Positions 37,401-49,100 of a stretch of 64,000 nucleotides of DNA are shown piece after piece. Within the stretch, counting starts at the first letter, position 1. Each line of letters begins with the position of its first letter. This stretch comes from Ophelia neglecta. Taxonomy: Eukaryota. Both the position numbers and the translations under genes were made by a program. The notes below the pieces were generated by a model. That model saw only the letters and a list, made by a program, of their open reading frames with translations, ran no database searches and had not been told where the DNA came from. The stretch lies in NCBI GenBank assembly GCA_965285935.1, contig OZ260662.1, forward strand, positions 86,118,001 to 86,182,000, read 5' to 3'.

Positions 37401-40115
37401 AGGGCCCAAGGGGAAGGCTGGCTACTGGCAGAGTGGGGTGTCTGGCCGGAGGTTAACTTTCTTAATTTAGTTTCTGTACAACAGAAATGAAGGTTATCAT
37501 CAATATGGTCAAATCAAATATCCAGATACAAGGTATCCACTAGCCTAGCTGTTTCTGTCTTCTGGAAGAGAGTCATCAATGATTTCCAACTGGTTGACTA
37601 GTCCATGAACTGGTAAGATTAATCCAAATGTCAAAGTTGAGAGTACAAGTACTGGTCCAAGTAGCCCTGTCAGCCAACAATATGGCACAGTAAACCTACA
37701 AGCACTGTCAAATGAACCTGAGGCCAGTCACCAGTTCAAAGATAGGGGCTAATTTCTCCTTCCCCCACAACTCTCAACTCTTGTCCTCTTTGTTGGCATC
37801 CTATGCCATCCAGCCCTCTGTTAGAAATCTGTTATTATCTGCATGACTGCTCACAGCAACGTTGCGATGGCAACATCCCAAGTGCTCTGCATCATGCTCC
37901 CAAATAAGAGTTATAATTATATGAAATTTTGACTTCACAAACTCATCCCAATAAAGGAATCCTGGAAATACTAGTGCTCCTAAAATCACTGTTTCATACA
38001 GCCAGACTCAGGTAGATTTCAAGTTTCAAATGAGATGCAAGTGCAATCAACAGCTGGCCACTAGGGAGCATTAGGTTTTGTCTGGTATCCATAGGACAGG
38101 GCAGTCAATGAATGGATGTTGGCCCTGAATGGGACTAATCAGGAGCAACCACAGGATTCCTGTAACCAGATTACAGTTAATTCAAACAGTGCCCAGAATT
38201 ACAATGTCTTCTAAAATAAAGCCGGGCAGATGGGAGGAGACGGGCTAATACAGAAAGGAACCAAAATCATGTGGACCAAAACTATCAAGACATTGATATC
38301 TATACAACAACTGGCACTGATTAGCATAGACATTTGGTATCTTCTCAATTTGCCTTTGTGTCCTAAGGGCACCGCGCCAGTACTTGGTCTAGCACATGTT
38401 ATCAGGCCTAATTAGGAGTTTGGCTAAAATTTATAGAATATAGGTATGGTACATGTCAATCCAGACAGGACCTGATATGTGACAGCCTGGCTATGAGGGC
38501 TGTCAGAGGAAGGCAATCAGTGGGAAATAGAGCAGTCTACGGAATACATGTGGGAATATTCTCTTACACTGTAATATAAATATACAAGAGAATATTTTAA
38601 TTAATATCTGTGGGAGGTATATGTTACACTGGTCAAATTTTAGAGAAAAAAGTTCTTTCATACAACTTGAAATGGAAGTGAAACGTAAGTCTTTAAAGAA
38701 TAAAAGGGATACACTGACTTTTGAATGCATGCATATGGCAGGTTCATGAGTATGTTACTGAAAAGCTGTCTGTGTCATAATGTTATGTATGACCAGTTTA
38801 AAAGGGGTGATCACCACTTTCCTCTCGTTCTTTTCATTATACAACAATGACATGAAGGAAGCATGAGGTAATTCTGCATAATTCATGGTCAGAATTTGAA
38901 ATATGTCTTCTTTTAAAATGCGTAGCTGAATGTGACTCAATTTGAAGACGCGCTAATTAGCTGTTCCATAATTGAGTCCAATAAAATCTAATAAAATAAA
39001 ACAAAGTGAACATACTAGTACATTGATTAGAAGCAGTCAGAATGGCATACAAAGGCTACAATGGAACTCAATATAAATATGCACACCTTAGGCCCAAGGG
39101 TAACACTATAAAAAACATTTTACAATGCCTGTATTTCCTGTTTTGCCTTTCATTAAGTTCTAGTTGACAACCTTAGTGTATATTGGAATTTGTCAGCATC
39201 AATTAATCTTGCCAATTCCCATGGTACAATCTCCCTGGTTCATTTGTGTTATAATGTAGTACAAATTTTTTAAGGCAATTAATTTTTAAGCAGCCCTGCC
39301 TAGTAATCTTAAAGTTTGATATTTGCACGTGTCTCTGCTGAATGTATTAAATTCTGGTCTATTGCTTTATCCTATCATCTTGGCCTTTTGTTTCTAATGA
39401 AGTGGCGTCCCAGGTGCTCCCGTCATCTGGACAGGTATAGAGAATACAGCGGAAGTCTCATCAAGCCACGGGAAGGTGCTTTAAAACATATCATGTCATT
39501 ATCTCAGGATCACTGTTAATTTGGTTGACATGTAGATTAGTCTCTGGACATATTGCATGAGTTCTTTTCCTTTTGTCAGGCCATAGAAAACAATAGTGTG
39601 TACATTTAGTATTTTATCAATATGTCAAGCAAGGGCTGCCCACGAGATTGGCTGCAGTCAACTCTACATTGAATCAGTGGTGGCAATGGTCACTGCCGGT
39701 ATGTACTCAGAGTTGAATAAGGAGAAACTTTTTTAGGTTTTTTTTTTAATTCCTGGGCTTATCGCCCAAGCTACTTGAACAAGAGAGGAGTGATTATGTT
39801 GTCCTTCATGTTTTGATATTATTGTAAACATTCTTTTTTTTTATTGTAATATAGCAATGCAACTTTTCCTCTTGTACATGCACAACAGATCCTGCACACA
39901 GACCCTATTTACTATATACCATGGGGGAATAAATGATACCAGGCAATGTGAGCAGGGTAGCACAACTGCAACATAAATGCATTCAAAGTTATACATTCTC
40001 TTCAGATGGAATATTTACCTTCTTTTGGCATATCCTGCCTTGATTGGTGTAGTTGCTTTCCTTCACTGACTTTTTCATTGGCAGTTATAATTGGATTTAA
40101 ACACATGCCCATCAT
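31469..40115 (-). CDS. C2-PDZ protein (resembles the N-terminal module of RGS3 / PsGEF), about 383-403 aa; gene B
   Basis: Exons [40115-40019 or 37010-36974], 35529-35479, 34955-34897, 34172-34078, 33888-33820, 33668-33608, 33465-33360, 32734-32652, 32480-32393, 32274-32166, 31862-31469. All GT-AG and in phase. C2: GQLKLAVYVNYGLLTVNVDQARHL...NPYVKLSLMPDDSRRTRCRTGVVTHTNSPEFDEKFSFELLGEDIRKRLLISVWH...EFLGCMSFGI....VDGWYYLLTDNVGRRKHLQV. PDZ: FVIRRVGASFGFSVMGHSFGPVFVSKVDPGSPAESSGLRVDDKVIRINGTYLSRSMVDDKVAKIIKKSEKKVILEVQRP. The core 31862-35529 is secure; first exons and 3' end are less so. Confidence 0.88.
36974..37010 (-). CDS. Alternative first coding exon of gene B (METVNRIVAPGR-G)
   Basis: ATG at 37010 with an upstream in-frame TGA; strong phase-1 donor AG|GTGAGT that fits the 35529 acceptor; candidate acceptor near 37474. 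Confidence 0.55.
40019..40115 (-). CDS. Alternative first coding exon of gene B (MMGMCLNPIITANEKVSEGKQLHQSRQDMPKE-G)
   Basis: Exon 40145-40019 is bounded by TTTGGTTTCAG| and AAG|GTAAAT; upstream in-frame TGA; phase 1 fits the 35529 acceptor. Confidence 0.55.
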
Positions 40116-40549
40116 GTGATTTGTTCATCCAGTAATTACACCTTCCTGAAACCAAACACATTTACATTGTACTTTGTAAAAGACAAATTATTAGTATCAG
40201 TTAACCCTAATAGCCAAAGAGCCTCAAACACTGGATTTCTCTTCATTTGCAAGCCCATGCCTGAGGAAACACAATATTGACTTATATTACTAAATGACAG
40301 TGTCTCTGACAAATACTGCCTATTTACTGTATGCTGTTTTTAAAAGAAATTCTAATATAATCATTTAACTGACTAAGTTCACTACATTAGGTGACATGTT
40401 AGTAATTTCATGATAGTCACTCTTAATAATTGACTAGGTACGTTTTAAATATATAAATACTAGTACTGTTACTTTAAAATCCACAATAATGTTGCCCAAA
40501 CAACATGAAGGTACTATACCATGAAAGTTTTCACAACTTATTTGTTCTG

Positions 40550-42350
40550 ATATATAAGGACGGGTATCTGAATTTTGACACCACATGCTTCTGTCGATAA
40601 ACTTTTCTGTGTTGTTAGGTGCTATATCAAAGAGACATTGGTGGAGAATTTGAACATCATAGGAGCAACTAAATATCTCCAGGCATTTGGTCATTCATTC
40701 TCGGAATATCAGTGATTACCGGTATTTCAGTTTAGACAAACCTGTTTTCTACAAGCCTCTAGGAATACTCATCAATATAGGAGAAAACCTGAGCTTTGTA
40801 ATGATATCGCTACTTTAAAATGACACATGTTAATGCCTTATTGTGCATATGAAAAGTGCGTTTTTTGACAGCCAGGAGGGTCCTGTAGAATCCCCCCCCC
40901 CCCTCTCAAATTTATATTAACGGTAGTTAAACCAGTATTCTGTAAATTCCACCAAATTTGCGAACATTTTAACTGAAAAGTCAGGTTATCTTTTTGCCCA
41001 GGTATAATTGGATCGGTAGACCGCCGCACCAACTTCCTAGCTATGGGCCTGTATCAGTTTCTGTTCTTTTCTTACATCTGCCTTAAAAAAAGAACTGTGT
41101 GCTTCAAGTAAAAATCAAAACTGCAGCGGCAATATTCGTAGTTGCGTACAGGATAAAATTAAAAAATTCCTTGTCTGGATTTAGCTGATCAAAGATCAAT
41201 GGTTGTTACTAAATGTTACGATATAGGCCTATATGTCTTTTATACAATATGACACAACTATGCTATGCATCAATAAGATGTATATCCATCTGTACATAGT
41301 TTCTGGGCATGATTCGTTTACTTCAATCAATCCAACCACACTTTATTTTTTTTGGAATCACACTCTTTACATAAATTACAATGCTCATAGCCACAAGAAT
41401 AAAACAAACCAAAACTAAAACACATGGTAACATATCTATAGTTACAATACACTTACTTAAAAACAAACCTTATCGTTTTAGAGAGAAGATACACCTGGCA
41501 CATATTACTAGTAAGCCGGTTTCGCGCTTACATGGCTTAAACCGCTTACTTTCCTGGAAGTTACAGCAGCTGATCAAAAGAAGACTATGAATACCTAAAC
41601 GGAATATAAAAGAGTACATTATTCACCCATATTTTTTAACCACCAATTGTGAATGAATTCAGCTAGAACGTGGCAGAGATTGCTATAGAAATGCTTGACT
41701 ATTAGTTGGGCGAGTAAGGCAAAGTGAAAAAGCTTTTGATCAAATGAGTCAGAAGGTCTTGGAAAAGGAAAACTGCTAAAAGCGAAGAAAGATTCGTATT
41801 TTAGAATATGCATAACTACATGTAGGTCCCCTCCGCTGAACCTGAGCCCAAGCATGAGCAGGAAAAGTACAATTGGAGCCGGAGCTAGGAGGTAACGGGG
41901 TAAGTGAAGTAAAACTGTGAAAAACTTCATAACCGATATTTAATTATGAAACTGTCTTTGATACGTCAGAGCCGAATTTTTACACATTGCAAGTTTTTTA
42001 TTTGAACAATAACACTTTACCATTAAATCACGCTAGATAGGTGCGGACAATTCGGTGCCAGACATTTCGGTTCAAGAGACATTACTATTTTAATAACTGT
42101 ATATTATGATTTATTAAATGAAGATAGACATGAAAACATATAAATATCAATACAGATCAAGGCCTAGCCCCCCCCCCCCCCCCTGTGTCCCACCCTCCAC
42201 TCCCCATCCACCGCCGGCTGAATCTGCCACTGATTTACTACTTAAGTAAAATGGGTACAATCATAGAAGATTGACGATATGCCTATGTAAAAGGGTAAGA
42301 GTAGGACTTTTATTTATTTATATTTCGACTAGCCACAAATACACAGGACC
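40550..42350. promoter_or_regulatory. CpG-retaining region, probable bidirectional promoter with first exons
   Basis: By eye, CpG is more frequent here than in either flank. Minus-strand donor AAG|GTTTGT near 41468; plus-strand donors at 41892 and 41900. Base skew appears to flip here (A/C-rich to the left, T/G-rich to the right). Not computed. Confidence 0.55.
41854..41899 (+). other. 3' part of a candidate first exon of an unidentified divergent + strand gene (MSRKSTIGAGARR)
   Basis: AGCATGA start context; donors AG|GTAACG (41892) and GG|GTAAGT (41900). No homology recognised. Confidence 0.35.
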
Positions 42351-43031
42351 TAAGTATATTTAACTGGGAAGAAATCAAGAAAGAAATACCTGTATTCTTC
42401 CGATGATTCAGAACACAAAATCAAAATTATTTGAACATAAATGTCAAATTCATAATTCCCTGAGAAATAAGAAAATGTCAAATGATTAAAATGGATGTGT
42501 GAAGTTTCACAGATATACAAGTAATAAGTAGAGAAATAACTCACTTGTGCATTACATAGGCTTAGCTAATTATGATGTCTCAAAGTGAATATTTCTTGTG
42601 ATGTCATTATTGAGCATCACTTTAATACTCACATAAATAAAAAGCTGATTCGGTCTTTTCTAAAAAAATATACATCAGGGCTGCCAAGTTTGACAAATAC
42701 TGAAGCCGGTTGAATCTATTAACTGCTAGCAACACAGCCATGAAATGACGATTTCCCGGAAAGCACCAACATTAGTGTCTAAAATTTACATGGCTTGAGA
42801 GAAAATCCGAGGCAATTTGATGATATTTTGCATAAATAGGCTTCAAATGTAATGGAAAAAAATTATATTTTGGTGTAAACAGGTGAATTATTGTACTTAG
42901 GTAAATTACTGTACCCAGAGGAAGATTGGGAAAAAATGTTTGAAGGGGGGAGTGTCTCACCCTATTGGGTAGGCTTGGTAGGCCTAATACTCTTCAGTGA
43001 AGGTAATATTTACATCCCTTGTAGCTTTTTA

Positions 43032-43110
43032 AACTCATTCAGTCCCATTAAGTAGGAATATTTTGTCCATAACAGATGGGCATATCATCTCATTTGGCAG
43101 TGAATGAGTT
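43032..43110. repeat. Short inverted-repeat element, possible MITE remnant
   Basis: AACTCATTCA (43032-43041) and TGAATGAGTT (43101-43110) are perfect inverted 10-mers. Confidence 0.3.
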
Positions 43111-46100
43111 ACCTGGTAATTGAATTGAGTTTAATCATTTACTAACCGTAAATACCATGATGCATCAGGACACCATATGTCATCTGATGATTTTATCATA
43201 TAATGGTACCTGCATTATTCAGATTAGCTCTAATGGCACAAATCTACATGTAATTACTTGTTGTATTTTGGAATACTGTGTTAAAAGCCCTGGCCATAGT
43301 AGAAAGCTTCTAGCTGATGTTTCTAAACGAATATCAGTTTGTTTCTATTTGAGCAGTGGCTGCTATGAACGCTGATGATCATGCAAAGTGAGGCAGCAGA
43401 ATTTCTAATACCAATATCACTGTAGGTGTATAATTATCTTAATTTGGATAATTATGATAGCAATTTTATGTAACTTATTTTCTTTCCATGACACAGGACC
43501 CCTTTCTTACTATATTATAGTGTAGATTTGTTTTTAATTGAATTGCAATAATTATTCTTTATTGGTGAATAGAAAAAAAAGAAATATACTGTAGGTAGTC
43601 ATATAACAAACTCATGTTTATTTTAAATGCAGAGAAAAAGGTAATTAAGACACATATGTTATTCTTAACTTCAGAATTTACCAAGAAGCTTTATGTGTGA
43701 TAATTTGTTAATGATTAGCAATGCAATGGCTGTCCCCCACTAGCATGGGTAACCTGCATGTGAAGTCTTTATCGTTAAAGAATTACCTGTATACATAATC
43801 TTTAGTCATGTAGAGATGCATCTACACACAACAAAAAAGTTCTAAATCATGGCATACTCCAAAATTATGGAAACCTGTGTACTGTGTTTTGGATAAAATG
43901 TGTTATTCTGATATGTGTGCATTGACAGTGTGAGAAATTTTAGTTGCAATAATCTTATGACCGATATGATTAAATTAAATATGGCATTCAAAACAAAATG
44001 GGGTTAACTTACTATTAGTCTAGTGTTTTCAGCAACATAAAAGACAGTTTTAAATGTCTCCCGGGTAGAACAAGGACCCGGTCATGAATATATTTTCAAA
44101 CTTTGATGTCATATGATCATCAGTGCCTCATTGGGGTGAATCCATCAGCCCTGAAGATTAGGACTGTCAACACTGATGTTCTGGCCCGCCCAGAGCCATT
44201 TTTCTATCTTCTTTATTACAGATATGTTTTGTCTATGATCGTCAAGGGGGTCTGTGTGCGGTGGTCTGTGATGTGGACTACCTCTTGCATGGTTTTGATG
44301 TCCTATGATTTAAATGCGCATCTTTACATGGGGAGGACAGAAAACTCATCAGGCTGACAGGAGTATTCACCCTTCTTTATAATATGACTAATGGTGTCTC
44401 TATAGTAGTCTCCTGAACTCAACTGTCTGTTAATACGGTAATTCACATACTCAGCTTTTAAACAAACCTATTATTGAAAGAGTTTTTATAATAAAAATAT
44501 TCCCTCTATTTAATGTTTGCTTCTTTATTATAATAGCTGTAATAAATACACTATCGAACTTCAAGACACTTCTTGGAACTATTAAAGATAATTACATAGG
44601 CAATTTTAATAAATATGAGAGACATGAAGTAGTCAAAAAATAGTTTACATAGGTTTACTCTTCATTCGTACAAAGTCTAAGTTGGCAGACAGTAGCCTGG
44701 TTGTGGTTTGTCACCAGTGACCACATGACCACAATGTGATGTTTCACCCTCAGCAGTGAGTTGTCCAGGGTCAGTGTACACCGGTTGTTTCTGTGACTCC
44801 AGTCTGTAACTGTCGTTTGGTGAATGCCCTCTTTCAACAGAGCACACTGCCACTGTCCACCAGGGTGACATGACCTGACCCTGGTTCTGACCCCAGGTCA
44901 GGTCTGACGGGAACCTCTCTCTGCTTATATCAGGTCTCAAGATCTAGAAATCAGAAAACAGAAACAGATTGTTGAGTTTGGGTGTGTGTGTGTGTGGGGG
45001 GGGGGATGGGGGGGGGGGGCACAGGGCACAAAATTGGGTGCCAAGTCTTGGGCAGGGGGGCGGGGGCTGTGCTTTAGCACTGGCAACTAACTAGCTGTGA
45101 ATTAAAAAATAAAGAAAGGATAAAAAATAATCTTAATCATGCATTCTACAATCTGTATAGATTAATGTAATATTCCTGTGAACAGCTTTTCTAGAACCAT
45201 TCAAACTTTGCATGAAAAAGTGTGAGCAGTGTATTTGCCATCTTCAATTTTCCCTACCAATTCCAAAATTGATAAAGAATAGTTGATTTAGTAATTGATT
45301 TGGCATATACATGTACATGTACATGAATTTAAATGATAGCAAAGTTTATCATGGATTCCAAATAAGGATTAATTGTTGCCTCTCATTTAAATTCCACTGC
45401 CTTCTCTTGAACCATATATACATGCCTTAGATGTACATACATGTATGAGGAACAGCCCTAGTGCCTCTGCCAGTCTCCAGCAGGGTGCTGAGCTGATACA
45501 GGCAATTTGAATCATATGGCCTGCTGCTGTCACTGCCTTCTGGGTGATATGTTCTCCCCTAGCCCAGTATCAGTTCAGTTAGTACTGTATCTAACCTAGA
45601 CCACAGTTCTACTGGGATTCTCACATGTCTTTTGTTTTTACAGTCAAGAGTGCCAGTTACAGGGCCAATGTCTTGATTTCCCAGATGCCAGTGTGTGTGG
45701 AGGAGCTAGTTCTGCCACTGCTAGAGAATTAGTATACTCATTTGGTAAGTCTACAATGATTAATTGGTACCTCATTCACATCTGTAAAAGTTGATTGTTC
45801 CTCTTAAAACATAGCTATGATACAATGTGTGTATTCAGGATACAACCTAGTGTCTGGGACACTTGTGTCCCAGCTAGTGTATGTGTTGTGCTGCAAAACT
45901 AAAAGTGGGCAATGGCTATACTGTAGTATCCAACAAAATGTGACCTGCCTATAGTAAAGACATTTCATGTTCATGTTTTGATCATCATGTTATTGTTTCC
46001 TTCATTGCATGTTTTTGAATCCACTGAAAAGTGACAAGGAATCTTGCTCTTACGAGGCTAGTATGTGTCCCCATAAATGCTGGGTCAAAGTATAAAAAGT

Positions 46101-49100
46101 GTTGTCCACTTTCTTTGTGGAGGTAAAGACATAAAACTGTTTCTTTCGCCATTCAGTGCAGGGTAACTGATGTTGATATTGCTATGACCTCATTATTACC
46201 TGAAGAGTTCCAGACACATTTTTGTTTTAATAGTTGGCCCTAGCATTTTGAAATATCTCGCCTCCATGAGAAGTTCTCACCCCTTTTCAATGGATTCTAA
46301 AAAGGCATCTATTTTAGCCAAATCCCTTTGAAATCTATTTAATAAATTTCCTTGTTTTTTCATGGTCCCAACTCCGGGTGACAAGTGTGTTTCCCTCTGA
46401 GACTCTCTCCTTACCCCTGACACTGCTGTCACTCTGTTTTTTTACTGGTTGGGTCTGGACCCCATCCCAGCAGACATATGTTTTCTATTCACACCTCACG
46501 TGTACCTCAACACTTGACTGTTAACTTTCCAAATAGGTTGTAACAGATTCAAGTCATGACATTTAACACTGCTCCAGGGTAACATCTGGGGTGCTACCCC
46601 ATGCAGATTCAGACACTGTCACAAGTCACAAGTTTATTATAAGCATTCCAATCCACCCTAGCTATTAGCTGAATGGATCACCTCTACAATTTCTCTACAA
46701 TTTCTAATTTCACAATTTTGATATTAAAAAAATTAGGTCCTAATGAAGACAGGTTTGCCAGCCTAAAATTCTATCAGAGGGTGTCTCCAGTGGTTAATCA
46801 CCAAGTATCAAACTCATTTGATCACTGGTGTTGAAAATCTAATGTTATGTTGTTTAGAAAGATTTGCCCCCAGTTGATTTATTTCATGGCAATGTGAATT
46901 AATGCCATTTTAACTGATCTACTTAACAGTGGCCCTGGAAAGTCAATTTACTAGTGAAATCAAGCCAAAGAATACATTGCCTTGCCTGTGCATGAACTTC
47001 AGCAAAACATAACTTTTTGTACAGCTGACTATTTAAAGCTTCCTGATTTAAATTTTATTTTGTAAGTTTAAATTAGTTTATTTGTGTTAAGTTTCCCTTG
47101 ACATTATTTTATTACCAGTGCCCTGGAGAATGGGTTATGGGCTTCTGATCACTGGTAGAACAGCAAAACATGCTTTATGGACAGCAAATTTGATATCCCA
47201 GTAATAGATTGGCTTGTTGTTGAAGCGCCCACCACCACAAAATTTTAAAACTTTCAAAGCTGGTATTATGTAACACTGTTATTCTTTCCACCTGAGGCAC
47301 AAAGAACCAGTACATACTGGCTGAGTCACAGTTTTAATTAAAATTCCATACTTTAAGTCAAGTTAAATAGGCTTTGTACCATGGTGAGCAGATTTTGCAT
47401 AATGCTTTCTGGTTTGTGTTTCATGCGGTATTGCCCCTATGACTAACATTTATACTGCATTGCTAGTTCTGATATTATAGTATGTAATCCGCTCACTTTA
47501 AGGATTCCAGCGACATGTTTATCAGGAGAGAATGGAGGGAGAAGTTTTCAATGTTCCCAGCCTCCCACCTCGGTGTTGACCAATCTCAGGAGATAACCAG
47601 TTGGTGCTCATCCCCTCATATCCTCTCCCTTTCTTCTCTGTTTGTCAGACGCTGTTATCTGACTTATCTCTGACCACAGACCATGTGTCTCATCATGTCT
47701 TTGACAGTTAACAGCAAAAGCACTTCCCAGAATTCAAATGTTAAAAGGTTTGCTCCAGCAAGCAGTCTTTCTGTTATGGAAAGAAACATCTTTTATGCCT
47801 GTGACAAGACTGTTGCCCCTCATCCAATTTTTTTTCTGACAACTTTTTCTGCTGGATGGGAATGGCTGCTATTTTAATCACCAGGTTTTTGCACCAGGTC
47901 ACATTTACTAGTGTAAATGATGATTTAATTTTAATGAGGTTGACTCCTGCATAGTGTGGTCGCCTTGATAATTTGGTCATGCCATGCCAAAGTTAGGATT
48001 AATGACATTTATCTTCAATCATCTTCTGGTATAACTACATTTTGTGGTACAGAGGTAGGGTAAGTTTATCTCCTGAACAAAGTTAACTGATTTAAAAATG
48101 AGGCATGACAAAAGTCACATTCACAGTGATAGTAAGTTTAATACTCCTTGACACCACTCTGTGGCTTGATTGCATGGGTTTGTCTGCATTTGACAAAGAA
48201 TGTCTCATTTATAATCTCACCCCTACCTAGAAGTCTGTCAAGTTACTATCTGCTTGGGCTGCATTATTGTAAATTACTATTCCCCTGCTGTGTTGTGCTG
48301 TGTATTTATCAATACATATATATACATATTATGATATACATGTATATACAGACATATATGTACTAATAAAATACAACTTAGCAAAGAATGCATATGTATG
48401 ACCAGTGCTGTATTCCCGTGAAGAAGGAAAAAAACCAGTAATACCATTTGTGTCTTTATGTAACATTTTACCAGCCAATACTGTTTAGATGACTGTCAAG
48501 CTAGGTGGGACTATTGGTGTGAACTGGTCCAACAATAGCTGCTTCTATCATCCTGTGGTGCCATGTACTTCGATTTGAATTTCTGTTGAATAAAATTATG
48601 CATAATGATTGGCTAATGTACATTGTTGCATTCCAAAAAAGCTCTTTTTAACTATTGAGGTGTTGCGATAATAGTTAACTTTTAAGTATGATCTCTAAGA
48701 TACTTTTTTGCTGTACTAGAAACCAGTTTATTTTGTCTTTTTAGTTGGAAATTTGTATTAACCAATCATATTCTGTTTTTGTTTTTATCAGGATATTAAT
48801 GATATGTTGATGGTAGTGATAACATGCCCTGTTAATCATGTTAATCCTATATCCTCTCCTGTACATGTATGCATGTTCCTGGGCCGGGTGTGTGAGCATG
48901 CCAGCAGTTGGCCTGCTGTGATTCCCTGGGGAGGGTGGTTGGTGGATTTGAATCCTGTTTAAATCTGGCCTTTGTTTACTGACCAGTTCCTGTGAGCCAG
49001 GGTCCTGCATGCCTGTGTAAGCCCATGTGTCCGAGCAGGGCAGGCCTGTCTGACTAGTCATTCCTGGAAGTCAGTGAGTGTATCCTTGCCAACCCTCCCA

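Noticed and set aside
42039-42233. GGACAATTCGGTGCC/GACATTTCGG subrepeats and a GAATCTGCCACTG end, like DNA-transposon termini
   Set aside because: Single-ended fragments with no partner TIR or TSD.
44655-44943. Minus-strand exon-like segment with a strong acceptor and an 87-aa ORF
   Set aside because: No homology, no linked exons, and opposite to the inferred transcription direction; a lncRNA or repeat cannot be excluded.
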